64,000 nt of DNA from an uncultured virus (IMG/VR IMGVR_UViG_3300009785_000018). Lineage: Duplodnaviria > Heunggongvirae > Uroviricota > Caudoviricetes. Every line of letters begins with the position of its first letter. The first letter of the stretch is position 1. Location of the stretch: IMG/VR virus record IMGVR_UViG_3300009785_000018; one strand, given 5' to 3'. Below the pieces are notes generated by a model. It did not search any database, had not been told where the DNA came from, and saw only the letters and a program-made list of their open reading frames with translations. Position numbers and translations under genes: made by a program. This document shows, in pieces, positions 16,893-26,595 of this stretch.

Positions 16893-17147
16893 TTAATTTT
16901 CTATGTTTGTAACAATACTTGAAAGAATCGGTCTAGGATGAACATTTGATTCATCAGCGTCAATAACATAAGGCTTTTCGCAATCAAGTTCCTCAAACCA
17001 CTCTGAATCAAAAGGCTCAAAAGCGCGTGTCTCGACTTTTTTAACTGCTTCTTCATCGCTTCTTGCATAGACAGTAAATCTTTTAACTCCTTTTACGGGC
17101 ATATCTACATCAAACGCGATTGGCTTATCGTATATTTTATTTTGCAT
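16893..17147 (-). CDS. hypothetical protein (DpnD/PcfM-like motif)
   Basis: FTVYARSDEEAVKKV. Confidence 0.6.
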   Translation of the reverse strand: MQNKIYDKPIAFDVDMPVKGVKRFTVYARSDEEAVKKVETRAFEPFDSEWFEELDCEKPYVIDADESNVHPRPILSSIVTNIEN

Positions 17148-17545
17148 TAAGCAATTTCTTTAAAGTTTTCCGCAGTTACGACACTTTTAGGCAACTTGTA
17201 TGAGCCACCATCTGAAACTTTAGTCGCAATAAATGGATATTTAGTGGAGCGAGGCGAGTATCCAGTAAGAATATATTTGTTACCAAAGTAAGAAAACTCC
17301 TTATTTAAAAAATCCTTAGATAATCCTAGTAATTCTGCATAATTTAGGAAGCTTTGAGCCTCTTTGGTAATAAAATCGCCATTTTGAGCAGTTGCAATCT
17401 CTAATTTAATTGTAGCATTAAACTGTGAGAACGAAGCATTACCTGCATCAAATTTAATACCATATTTCTCAGCGATTGGTTCTAGTGCTACATCAATTTC
17501 TGAGCGAAGGCAACGTAGGAATTCTTTATCTATTTGTTTGATCAT
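17147..17545 (-). CDS. conserved phage hypothetical protein
   Basis: 132 aa; ...GYSPRSTKYPF...DGGSYK. Confidence 0.75.
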   Translation of the reverse strand: MIKQIDKEFLRCLRSEIDVALEPIAEKYGIKFDAGNASFSQFNATIKLEIATAQNGDFITKEAQSFLNYAELLGLSKDFLNKEFSYFGNKYILTGYSPRSTKYPFIATKVSDGGSYKLPKSVVTAENFKEIA

Positions 17546-17778
17546 TTTTATGTTATATTTGTGTTTATATTTGTGTTTACAATGTGTATATTGACCACAT
17601 ATTTATAAAAGTCAAGAAAAATCTTTATTACCAATGCCTCATTACGCCAGATATGATAAAAAAATTAGTAATTAAATAGGTTAAAAAGATAACAGTCCTA
17701 ATTATTGCGACAATGTCTGCCTCCCTATCTTTAGAAGTTGCCTTTTCTCCTATAGATTTAGCCCATATTCTCCAAATT

Positions 17779-18666
17779 TTATTTAACATTTTTTAAAATA
17801 TGGCAAATTACATCAACAGTCCAACTATTACCCATTAAATTATGGGCAGAAGCTACAGTTACCGCATTGGTATAGTTTTTAGGGATTGTTTGCAACCTCT
17901 CGACCTCATTTCTATTAAGAGGTCTTAGGTCGTAATTGCCATCTGGCAAAGAACATTTAAAGGTAAATAACTCATTTGGGTCTTTCCCTTTCGGAAAAGT
18001 CATAGAGATGAATTTATTTTTTACTTCATATTTACCATATTTATTTGGGCAAAAAACAATATTAGTTTGTTTTTTCTTAAAATAATCCCTTGCATTTCCA
18101 CGACAAAGTTTGATGCAGTATGCTTTTTCCTTTTCGGCTATTCCATCATCAAGAACGTCTTGAAATTGAATTCTCTGATCTTTTATTGGATCAATTTTTA
18201 AATTTGTCCAGTAGACTCGCCCACGCTTCTGAGCAGTTAATAGCGAAGAATTGATTTTAACTCCCTCACAGCCAAACAATTCATTTAAATCATTTAACTT
18301 TTCTTTTGCCATCTCTACATTTTCAAACAAGAAAATTAAATTAGGATTCTGTTTCTTTAGGTGACGAAAAATATCTGCAAGAACATAAGCTAGTTTTCCA
18401 CGCTCATCTTGGAATCCGCCTTGTAATCCTGCTTTAGACCAAGATTGGCAAGGAAAACCTGCACAAATCACGTCAATCTTAGGCAACTTCCAATCTTTCC
18501 AATTTGTCACATCACCTAATTGGATTGTGTCTGGATAATTGTCTTGCGTTACTTTAATCGCTTTTTCGCAAATTTCACTAGCAAAATAATTGTCGTATTT
18601 AATGCCAAGCTTATTAAGCGCAATTTGAGCGCAAGAGATTCCGTCGAAGAGAGATAAGATTTTCAT
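17779..18666 (-). CDS. DNA (cytosine-5) methyltransferase
   Basis: LSLFDGI (motif I), GFPCQ (IV), ENV (VI), QKRGRVYW (VIII), GNSW (X); start ATG 18666 after a leaderless promoter. Confidence 0.9.
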   Translation of the reverse strand: MKILSLFDGISCAQIALNKLGIKYDNYFASEICEKAIKVTQDNYPDTIQLGDVTNWKDWKLPKIDVICAGFPCQSWSKAGLQGGFQDERGKLAYVLADIFRHLKKQNPNLIFLFENVEMAKEKLNDLNELFGCEGVKINSSLLTAQKRGRVYWTNLKIDPIKDQRIQFQDVLDDGIAEKEKAYCIKLCRGNARDYFKKKQTNIVFCPNKYGKYEVKNKFISMTFPKGKDPNELFTFKCSLPDGNYDLRPLNRNEVERLQTIPKNYTNAVTVASAHNLMGNSWTVDVICHILKNVK

Positions 18667-18721
18667 GTTCACCACTTTGTGGGTAATTTATTAAAAGTCA
18701 AGTCTTTTTATGAAGTATTTT

Positions 18722-19363
18722 CTAGCCCCATTGATTTGCCATTGCTTCTGCAATACCTTGATCAGTTTGAGAGCGAGTGCGCCAACGATCTTTAGATGGT
18801 GGAGTTTTATCTGCACCATCTTGAGTTTGATTAGACCATCTGGGTTTAGCCTTTTTATTACATTTATTACAAGTAGAATCTTTTTCCACCCATTTTCCAC
18901 AACAAGCCCATCTTGTAGGCTCCACATATTCAGAAGGTTCTAGAATGGGAAGATTTTTCAACCATAGCCCAGTTTTTTTACTTCTATCTTTTCCGAACTG
19001 ATAAGGCTGTATATATTGGCTTGCCTTTTTGATGCGTGTCGAAATGACGCTAACTGGATTTTCAATTACTATTTTTTCAATTGGGGCATCTATAAGCTTT
19101 TGAACGAATTCAAGAGCGTCTTCAGTCAGTTTGGGATCACGCAAACCACGAACAGTCCAATGCATACCGCTAACTGAAAGATAAGTACAAGGCGGATGAG
19201 CAATCATCATATCCCAGTTTTGATCTAAAACATTTAAAACATCGTCACAAATATGGTATTCGTGACCTGTTTCGATAATGTCGCAAGAATAAGCTTCGTG
19301 TCCCTTTGCTCGAAAGGCATCACGAATAACTCCAGAGGATTCGCAAGCAATTAATATTTTCAT
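18722..19363 (-). CDS. short phage C5 DNA methyltransferase-like protein
   Basis: LIACESSG, HPPCTYLS, IENP, KKTGLWL, RSQT..GIAEAMA.QW. Confidence 0.75.
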   Translation of the reverse strand: MKILIACESSGVIRDAFRAKGHEAYSCDIIETGHEYHICDDVLNVLDQNWDMMIAHPPCTYLSVSGMHWTVRGLRDPKLTEDALEFVQKLIDAPIEKIVIENPVSVISTRIKKASQYIQPYQFGKDRSKKTGLWLKNLPILEPSEYVEPTRWACCGKWVEKDSTCNKCNKKAKPRWSNQTQDGADKTPPSKDRWRTRSQTDQGIAEAMANQWG

Positions 19364-19407
19364 ATTTATGATGATTCATATAAATTTGAGAAAGTCAATA
19401 ACTATTT

Positions 19408-19662
19408 TTAGTAACAGTAGTATTCTTTCTTACCGCATTTAAAGCTAAGTAAAGTATCTAAATTTATCATCCTATATGCCCTCTTTTGCACGTCAAAAAC
19501 TACAATCAAATTGTCTCGGTTTTTAGCGGGGTTTTCTCCACCCTTAAGATATTTTTTTACCCCAAGTCGAGCAACCATGTGTCGTTTATTTCCGTCTTTT
19601 TTAACAAAATTAACAGTAAAAAATTTACCTTTTGTATCTTGGATCATTTGTTTAATTTTCAT
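19408..19662 (-). CDS. SH3/WYL-like beta-barrel protein
   Basis: FFTVNFVKKDG..R.M...VFD...AYR. Confidence 0.65.
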   Translation of the reverse strand: MKIKQMIQDTKGKFFTVNFVKKDGNKRHMVARLGVKKYLKGGENPAKNRDNLIVVFDVQKRAYRMINLDTLLSFKCGKKEYYCY

Positions 19663-19797
19663 ATTTTTATTTGTGCTATTATTTGTGTTATTATTTGTGG
19701 TTTACTATCTCTCATATTGAATGAAGAAATTTTAAAGTCAAGCTTTAAATATCCCCAAATATGCAGAGAAGTATAAATGTAATTATTAGTATTTCCA

Positions 19798-20040
19798 TTA
19801 TTTGTTTTTTATTCTGTGGTTTATCTTGATGTTAAGCATTTCGACTTGTTTTTCAATTTTATCTTTATTTCTTTCCCAACTGCTCCTATTTAGGAAAAAG
19901 TAAAATGAATTTCTGATAGAACGTATAGACTCTTGTTCTTGAGGATGAAAAATATGTAAATTATTTATATAAAATGAGTATATTTTATTAAACTTTTTTT
20001 CTATTTTCCAACGCCAAATAATTTTTTTTATTATTTTCAT
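19798..20040 (-). CDS. hypothetical protein
   Basis: 80-aa basic ORF. Confidence 0.5.
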   Translation of the reverse strand: MKIIKKIIWRWKIEKKFNKIYSFYINNLHIFHPQEQESIRSIRNSFYFFLNRSSWERNKDKIEKQVEMLNIKINHRIKNK

Positions 20041-20422
20041 ATATTTTAGCGAATCTTTGCTCTAATTCTTCTCCCATTTGATTGGAAATATATATTTTGA
20101 CCATATCTACGTATCTTTTTTGCCAAGCTTTGCCATGAGGATTTCCCCTTATATGCTTGCAGGAGTGCATTAATTCGTGACAAATAGTGCTTTCTGTAAA
20201 GTGTTCATTTTCAAGTAAATATATCTCTTTATAGCATCCGTAAGAAGCATCAAAGAAATTTGGGCCGATAATATACATTTTATATCCAGTACCATATTTA
20301 TTTATAAACCAATTATCTCCCGTAATCAAGAAGAAAAACTTCTTAAGTTGAGTTTCAGTATATTTTCTTTCATTTATGAAAACTTCATTTTCTGCTTCAT
20401 AAACTTTGTCATCGATTCCCAC
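19988..20422 (-). CDS. SprT-like zinc metallopeptidase
   Basis: HELMH...HGKAW (HExxH plus downstream HG..W). Confidence 0.65.
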   Translation of the reverse strand: MGIDDKVYEAENEVFINERKYTETQLKKFFFLITGDNWFINKYGTGYKMYIIGPNFFDASYGCYKEIYLLENEHFTESTICHELMHSCKHIRGNPHGKAWQKRYVDMVKIYISNQMGEELEQRFAKIYENNKKNYLALENRKKV

Positions 20423-20461
20423 TCATATTATTACATTATACATGCAATTTAGAGAAGGTCT

Positions 20462-20695
20462 TTAACAGTTAATTTTAAATAACTCCACTTTTTTGCGAAG
20501 CTTATTTAATATTTGGGCTTCACTGTTACTTTTTACCATAAAGGATATGGAATAGCTCTTAAAAGACCCTTTATTGTACCCCTTAAATGAATAAAATGGT
20601 GAAAGTCTTAATTCCTTAAAGGTGTCTAACAGTTCATCCCAGAGAGCTTTTGACTCTGAAAAGGAGTCAAATTTTTTAGTTTCGTATCTTTCCAT
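20462..20695 (-). CDS. hypothetical protein
   Basis: 77-aa ORF. Confidence 0.6.
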   Translation of the reverse strand: MERYETKKFDSFSESKALWDELLDTFKELRLSPFYSFKGYNKGSFKSYSISFMVKSNSEAQILNKLRKKVELFKINC

Positions 20696-20703
20696 AATTG
20701 TAA

Positions 20704-20928
20704 TTAAATTTTATTTTTAAAAACTATCAGACTTTTCAGCATATTTGAGAAAAAATCTGCATTTTCTTTATTTGCAAAATGAAACTCAGTTTCTTTAAGA
20801 TATCCTCCTTGGATATCAATTTTGGCACCGTCGCTTAGTTTTATCCTCGTATAACAGCACTCTTCAGCTATCATCTTGTACTTATAGAACATACGTTTGT
20901 GTATAGATTTTATTTTTTTAATCGCCAC
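20704..20928 (-). CDS. hypothetical protein
   Basis: GTG start 6 nt after TGTAATA motif. Confidence 0.6.
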   Translation of the reverse strand: MAIKKIKSIHKRMFYKYKMIAEECCYTRIKLSDGAKIDIQGGYLKETEFHFANKENADFFSNMLKSLIVFKNKI

Positions 20929-20945
20929 AGTAATTATTACACAAA

Positions 20946-21242
20946 TTATGAGTTTTGGGGATCAAACCCATTAATATAGTAAGTATTATCAAAAAGAATA
21001 GAGTTATCGACCATAACTAGGTGTTTACTTGGTATCTCTATATTAACTGCCCCATTTTTATTAATCTTGTTCCAGAATTTATTATTTACGGATGGAATCA
21101 AAATGTCATGTGGTGACAATTCAATTTTTCGTTTTGCCCTTTGTTTTTTTTCTTGATTAGAAGTTGGCAAACCATGCCAGATATATTTGGAAGTTTTTTT
21201 AACTTGGAAGAAGGATTGTAGAATTCTTTTGCGATCAATCAT
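20946..21242 (-). CDS. hypothetical protein
   Basis: 98-aa ORF. Confidence 0.6.
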   Translation of the reverse strand: MIDRKRILQSFFQVKKTSKYIWHGLPTSNQEKKQRAKRKIELSPHDILIPSVNNKFWNKINKNGAVNIEIPSKHLVMVDNSILFDNTYYINGFDPQNS

Positions 21243-21362
21243 ATTTTATTATTAAATAGTTCTGTTAAGGTTTATTTGTTTGATTATCAGTTATATCTCT
21301 ATACTGATCCGTGTCAAGGCTTTTATTGTATTTATTTGAGTCGAAATATCTTTTATTTTTAA

Positions 21363-21554
21363 TTAAAAGTATAATTGAACATTATGTAAAGCGAAAATTT
21401 CATAAAACTTTGAAAATTCAGATTCACTAAGTGCGTTAGCACCGTTTGTACAATGTCGAAAAATATCTTTATGATTTTGAGGCCAATACACTCCTCCCTC
21501 TTTTTTCATTTTGATAATTGTCTTATCCTTTTGTAATTTCTTCGTTTCCTTCAT
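21363..21554 (-). CDS. hypothetical protein
   Basis: 63-aa ORF. Confidence 0.55.
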   Translation of the reverse strand: MKETKKLQKDKTIIKMKKEGGVYWPQNHKDIFRHCTNGANALSESEFSKFYEIFALHNVQLYF

Positions 21555-21579
21555 GATCGTGACGATACAGTCTTATATT

Positions 21580-24204
21580 TTATTTGTCAATACTTTCTTT
21601 GAAATCTAAGTTTAAAATGCGAATTTTATCAGCGAACACAGTATTAGTCTTTTTCGTGCCCCTAAAAACAATAACGTCTTTTTTTTCTGGGAGTCTGCCG
21701 TATTGATCTTTCAAATCATCAACATTACTAAGAAATTCTGTTGTTCTGGTTGCTCTATCAAATCTGTTAAAGTTAAAAACCTGAACCCTACTTTGACCAT
21801 ATTCGTCGCCTATTGTAAGGGTTAGTTTTTTATTTCCTTTTTGAGTCTTACCAACACTCGCTTCTTGCACTATCCCGCAAGAAGTTACGATAGAATCTTC
21901 TACCGAATTCTCCAAATCTCCAAGATGTATAATACCTTTGTATTCTGGCTCTAGTATTTCAAATAATTTTTTACTATATGCAAAACCAAGAATGTCTTGC
22001 TCATAATAATAATTGTAGAAATCTACATACTTGGCGTAGCTACTCCATTCTAACTTGTGTGGAAGATATTTACTATAAAAGGTGTCCCAAGAAGATTTCT
22101 CTCCTGACTTGGTTTTACGTTTTTTTGTTGAGATAATTTCTTTTCCATCGCTGAGAAGTTTACCATCTTTAATATCAAGCAGAATATTTAGTAAATCATA
22201 ATTATATTTTTCTCCGAATTTAAATATTTTAGTTTTCTGAGAGTCCGTCAAAGCATTCCAACTAGCGGCCTCAAGAGTAAGTAGTCCCCTGTTATCCCCA
22301 AAAGAGCTCAAGCATCCTGCCTTAATGAGGTTAGACAAAATCCTAATATTAATACCAGACTTATTTGCCGCTTCAAATAGTTGGAATTTATTTGTCTGAA
22401 CTGAGTTAAACTCCTTAAGCTTTACAAGAGTCTTTTCCGAGACGGATTTTATTGACTTAATTCCATAGCGAATTATATTGCCTTCAACAGAGAAGTCTTC
22501 CTCAGATTTAACAAGGTCTGGTGGTCTGAGTTCAATACCAAAATATGGAAGCTCTTTACATATTTTCATAATACGAGCCTCGCTATCTTGGAACGAACGA
22601 GCAAGCATAAGACAGTTTTTGAAAAAGATTGCTGGATATTTAATCTTTAGATAAGCGCAGAGACAGCTAATGTATCCATATGAGTATGAATGGCTCGCAT
22701 TGAACTGATATTTCGCAGATGCTTGAACCGTCTCCCAAAAAATCTGAGTTGCGTCTTCTGGTATTCCCTGATCTATACCTGCCTTTTTAATTTTTTCTTC
22801 CCACTCCTTTACCTTTTCGAGCTGTTTCTTGCCAATAATTTTTCTTAAGATATCAGCTTCTACAAGAGAGAATTTGTAAACCTCGTGAGCAATTTTCATT
22901 GTTTGCTCTTGATATAGAATAACGCCAGAAGTGTTGGCTAGAATTTCATCGATAGGCGGATAAATAGATTTTATTTTACCAGTTTTTCTAGATTCTAAAA
23001 AGTCTTCCAAAAAAGCCAATGCACCCGGTCTGGCGATAGCGGAGATAGCAGAAATATCTGATATATTCTTAGGCTGAACTTGTTTGGTTACTTTACAAGC
23101 AGTGTCTCCATCTAACTGGAAGACTCCATAGCTATAATCAAACTTTTCAAATAGCTTGTATATCTCTGGGTCATTAGGATCAAAACTATTTAAATCGTAT
23201 CCTGCTTCTTTTGCTGTTTCATAAATGATTGTACAGGTCTTTAGACCCAAAGCATCAAGCTTTATTTCCTGCTCAGCAACATCGTCTTTTGTATATGATG
23301 AAGTTATAACGCCATCCCTATCTTCAAGTGGCAAAGAATTAAAAATTTCATCATATGATACAATAATACCTGCCGCATGGAGACCGAAGTTTTTCGGCAG
23401 GTCAGAAAGTTTCAAACATATATTATATATCTTAGGATTTTCCTCTACCCATTCCTTAAACTGATCATTCTTATCTAGGGTGTCTTTAAGGGAATCAAGC
23501 TTTCCTGCATCGCTCTCGATCATATTAGAAAGTCGGTTGGCTTGAGTTTCGTTATAGCCTCCATATTTCTTACAGACCTCTTTAAGAACCAGTTTTGTCG
23601 AAAGGGTATTAAGAGTAGAGATGTGCCCAGTCTTTTTAGGATATTTAGATCCCAAATATTCGTGAACTACTCGACTGCGATTGAGGTAACAAACATCAAA
23701 GTCAATATCTGGAACAGTGCTTCCGTCCGAATACTGTTCTCCATCAACAATTTTTGATTGAGCACGAGACTCATTAATAAAACGTTCAAAAATTAGATCA
23801 TACTTAATTGGATCAACCGCAGTTAAACCTATTAGATAAGATACCAGACTTCCTGCAACAGAACCACGACCCCAACCTCTGGCGATTTTATTTTCGTCAC
23901 ACCATTGAATCAGATCCCATACCATAAGAATATAGCGAGTGAATCCAAGTTTTTTAAGGGTTTCTAGCTCAAATTTTACACGCTCTCTGTAAATCTCCTT
24001 ATTTGGCAAGGAGTCGATATCTAGCTTTTTATATCCGTGCAGACAAAGCTGTCTAAGAATTTGATGTTCGTCTTTTGACAAATCTAAATCAAATTTCTTA
24101 GCATATGAACCTCCTATATTTACCTGCGGAATTCTAACTCCAAGGACATTATAAGTATCGGAATAATTTTCAAATTGACTTAAAAAATCTTTATCTTTAA
24201 TCAT
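21580..24204 (-). CDS. dnaE: DNA polymerase III alpha subunit, catalytic part lacking PHP domain
   Basis: GRGSVAGSLVSY, FERFIN, PDIDFD, HAAG, KLDALG, RPG, YQEQ, FNASH, C-terminal OB fold. Confidence 0.95.
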   Translation of the reverse strand: MIKDKDFLSQFENYSDTYNVLGVRIPQVNIGGSYAKKFDLDLSKDEHQILRQLCLHGYKKLDIDSLPNKEIYRERVKFELETLKKLGFTRYILMVWDLIQWCDENKIARGWGRGSVAGSLVSYLIGLTAVDPIKYDLIFERFINESRAQSKIVDGEQYSDGSTVPDIDFDVCYLNRSRVVHEYLGSKYPKKTGHISTLNTLSTKLVLKEVCKKYGGYNETQANRLSNMIESDAGKLDSLKDTLDKNDQFKEWVEENPKIYNICLKLSDLPKNFGLHAAGIIVSYDEIFNSLPLEDRDGVITSSYTKDDVAEQEIKLDALGLKTCTIIYETAKEAGYDLNSFDPNDPEIYKLFEKFDYSYGVFQLDGDTACKVTKQVQPKNISDISAISAIARPGALAFLEDFLESRKTGKIKSIYPPIDEILANTSGVILYQEQTMKIAHEVYKFSLVEADILRKIIGKKQLEKVKEWEEKIKKAGIDQGIPEDATQIFWETVQASAKYQFNASHSYSYGYISCLCAYLKIKYPAIFFKNCLMLARSFQDSEARIMKICKELPYFGIELRPPDLVKSEEDFSVEGNIIRYGIKSIKSVSEKTLVKLKEFNSVQTNKFQLFEAANKSGINIRILSNLIKAGCLSSFGDNRGLLTLEAASWNALTDSQKTKIFKFGEKYNYDLLNILLDIKDGKLLSDGKEIISTKKRKTKSGEKSSWDTFYSKYLPHKLEWSSYAKYVDFYNYYYEQDILGFAYSKKLFEILEPEYKGIIHLGDLENSVEDSIVTSCGIVQEASVGKTQKGNKKLTLTIGDEYGQSRVQVFNFNRFDRATRTTEFLSNVDDLKDQYGRLPEKKDVIVFRGTKKTNTVFADKIRILNLDFKESIDK

Positions 24205-24931
24205 TTGTTAATGCAAATTTATTTGAACAAAAGCCTTCAAGGTTTGGGCATTGAATACTACTTTTATTCTGAATACATCTATAAGTCAAGTATGCATCGA
24301 TATCTTCCTCGCTCTTATATCTTACGCTATGACTTTTGATATAGTCATAGTCATTTTCCTTGCAATATTCTTTTATTTTAATAGCCATCATCCGATCTAG
24401 TGGTAGCTCGTGATATTCAACGCAAAACACAGGATTATATTCTTGGAATTTTACCAAACAATTACCAAATGAGAATAAATTTTTATGCAGAAAGTTATCG
24501 TAAAATGGAACCATCATTAGCATATCGTCCCCCCAAAATTCTTTGATTCGATCAAAATCTGTTCTCGGCAAACCATTGTAATTTCCCCTTGTTGCGGCAT
24601 CACTATATAGCTTCATTAAAATGCTCTTATATGCCTCGCCAGTCTTGGCAATAAAAACCATTTTATGCTCCGTAGAAATCGATTCTAGCTCTTTGTCGTC
24701 TGAGTTATCACAGACTGTCAAGGAGAGCCCATAAACGAGCTGTAGACCTAGTTCTGTAGCGTTGCTGAGTGCTTGAGGGAAAGAGGATGGGTTTTTTTCG
24801 ATTAAAAATACCTGATCTATATTGTTTTCTTTTGCAATCTGAAAAATAGAATCGCTACCGCCCTCCTTTGATTTTTTATCAATGGTAAGAATTGAGTTCA
24901 GGGAGTTGGCACTAGAAAACAAATAAATCAC
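24197..24931 (-). CDS. PHP domain of DNA polymerase III alpha, as a separate gene
   Basis: S..S.L.I, LVYGL.L, ..AKT.E.YK..L.KL.S.A; overlaps dnaE start. Confidence 0.75.
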   Translation of the reverse strand: MIYLFSSANSLNSILTIDKKSKEGGSDSIFQIAKENNIDQVFLIEKNPSSFPQALSNATELGLQLVYGLSLTVCDNSDDKELESISTEHKMVFIAKTGEAYKSILMKLYSDAATRGNYNGLPRTDFDRIKEFWGDDMLMMVPFYDNFLHKNLFSFGNCLVKFQEYNPVFCVEYHELPLDRMMAIKIKEYCKENDYDYIKSHSVRYKSEEDIDAYLTYRCIQNKSSIQCPNLEGFCSNKFALTND

Positions 24932-24934
24932 AAT

Positions 24935-25387
24935 CTATTTCTCATTAATAAGCTGAGGATTGCAAGGCACAATCTCAAAACGACCTTCGCACTGAACTTT
25001 AATTCCTTCTTCTGTCAAATTCTTTTTTGTCGCCTTTGTCAGTAAATCATTGAGTGTAAAAATTTTACCTTGCTTTTTAGCTCTACCACTTTCATTATGC
25101 TTTGTTGCCGCCAATACCATGTGGTCTTGTAAAGTCGCAGTATCAAATTCTACTGGCAATTTAATAGGAATTATTACCCTATCTTCAATAGAAATTTTAT
25201 CATAGCCCTCGCCATCGGGGAACAAGCCAACAATCTTATACTCTACTTTTTCAACATCTTCCTGCTCTTGCTCTTCCTCAAGCATAGCCTTAAGATCATT
25301 AAGCACAGCCTGTCTCTTATCTGATTCAAGCTGATTCTTGTCGCATACAAATTCTACGTCTTCTAGTTTAAATGATTTCTTTGCCAT
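24935..25387 (-). CDS. hypothetical protein
   Basis: Start revised to MAKKSF after an A/C-rich leader. Confidence 0.7.
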   Translation of the reverse strand: MAKKSFKLEDVEFVCDKNQLESDKRQAVLNDLKAMLEEEQEQEDVEKVEYKIVGLFPDGEGYDKISIEDRVIIPIKLPVEFDTATLQDHMVLAATKHNESGRAKKQGKIFTLNDLLTKATKKNLTEEGIKVQCEGRFEIVPCNPQLINEK

Positions 25388-25499
25388 AATTATATTTTTA
25401 TATTTTGTTTTTGTTTTTGTTTTAAGTCGTACAAACAATAGTAGCATCACTCCACTATATTGTCAACTAGTTTTTTAGTTTGTTGGATTATTGCCTGTT

Positions 25500-26204
25500 T
25501 TAAATATGTAGGTGTTTGGTTGTTATTTCCATTTTTCTAATAAGATGCTTGAATAGTTCCCAAGTTTTATGGACATCATAAAGTCCTCCATGCGCCTGTC
25601 CGTCATCGAATTCAATATCAAGTTCATAACACATCTTTTTTAGAGTGCAACTTGGTAATTTACGAGAAGCTCTTGTTCTGTTATCACTGAAATAGTTAGC
25701 CAATTTTAATTGCCAACAGAAAAAATCCTCCCAATTATCTGGGGGTTCCATCTCCATGCGATAAGCTCTAGACAGGACAAGAATATCAATAGAGCGAGGC
25801 AAGAAAGTCCAATCAATCTCTTTGCCAAGTTTCTTTCTCCATAACTGATGAAGGTACATATCAAAATTCAAACCATTATAAGTAATATTGATGGTCTTTG
25901 GGTCATAAAGCTCATTTTCAAATTGATCAAGAACTAAATCAGGATTTTCTGCACTTTTTTTATAGTTTTCATAATTAAATCGAGTAATTCTAGCGGCATC
26001 ATCAGAAATATTTAAATCTTCCCACCAAATGGTACGGTTGTGTTCGGAAGTAATTTTACCGCCTTCTACCGTTATATAGCCCACTTCCCAAGGCTTATTA
26101 TTACCAGCAAGACACAATGATTCGGTCTCGTAATCATAGCATAGAAACTTATAATCATTAAAATTATACCTAAGTAAATCTTGCCCTGTATCTTTTTTAA
26201 TCAT
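25500..26204 (-). CDS. DEDDh 3'-5' exonuclease (DnaQ/epsilon-like)
   Basis: DYETE, YNGLNFD, HGGLYDV. Confidence 0.85.
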   Translation of the reverse strand: MIKKDTGQDLLRYNFNDYKFLCYDYETESLCLAGNNKPWEVGYITVEGGKITSEHNRTIWWEDLNISDDAARITRFNYENYKKSAENPDLVLDQFENELYDPKTINITYNGLNFDMYLHQLWRKKLGKEIDWTFLPRSIDILVLSRAYRMEMEPPDNWEDFFCWQLKLANYFSDNRTRASRKLPSCTLKKMCYELDIEFDDGQAHGGLYDVHKTWELFKHLIRKMEITTKHLHI

Positions 26205-26220
26205 ATAGGTTTATTGAAAA

Positions 26221-26595
26221 TTAATCACAAGCATTTTCTCTATCAATCTCTAAATTTAAAATCTGCTTTTCAGCCTCCTCGTGTTGTATTTTTAAATCCT
26301 CCAATTCACTGCTCATTTCCTCAACCTCGTATTCTAAATTACGAATTTGTTCATCAGCCACCTCTCTCATTTGAACATTTGTCTCTCTAACGCTCTCGAA
26401 GATATGTTCTATATCATTGTATATCATATCTTTAAAAGACTCAACAACGTTATTTTTGTTCTTACCCTTTTCGTCAGAATAAAATTCGGGATTTATATCG
26501 TTTACCATATCATCAAGATAGTTTTCGATAATATCTTTGCACTCCGCAATTCCTTGATCAATTGTTGGGCAGGTTTGATAAAAGTTTAAACTCAT
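26221..26595 (-). CDS. coiled-coil hypothetical protein
   Basis: TCP.ID...E..R..N..MR motif. Confidence 0.7.
   Translation of the reverse strand: MSLNFYQTCPTIDQGIAECKDIIENYLDDMVNDINPEFYSDEKGKNKNNVVESFKDMIYNDIEHIFESVRETNVQMREVADEQIRNLEYEVEEMSSELEDLKIQHEEAEKQILNLEIDRENACD

Noticed and set aside
24170..24204. MIK... start of dnaE resembling a split-intein C-fragment
   Set aside because: No HN/C splice junction or intein N-fragment motifs in either ORF
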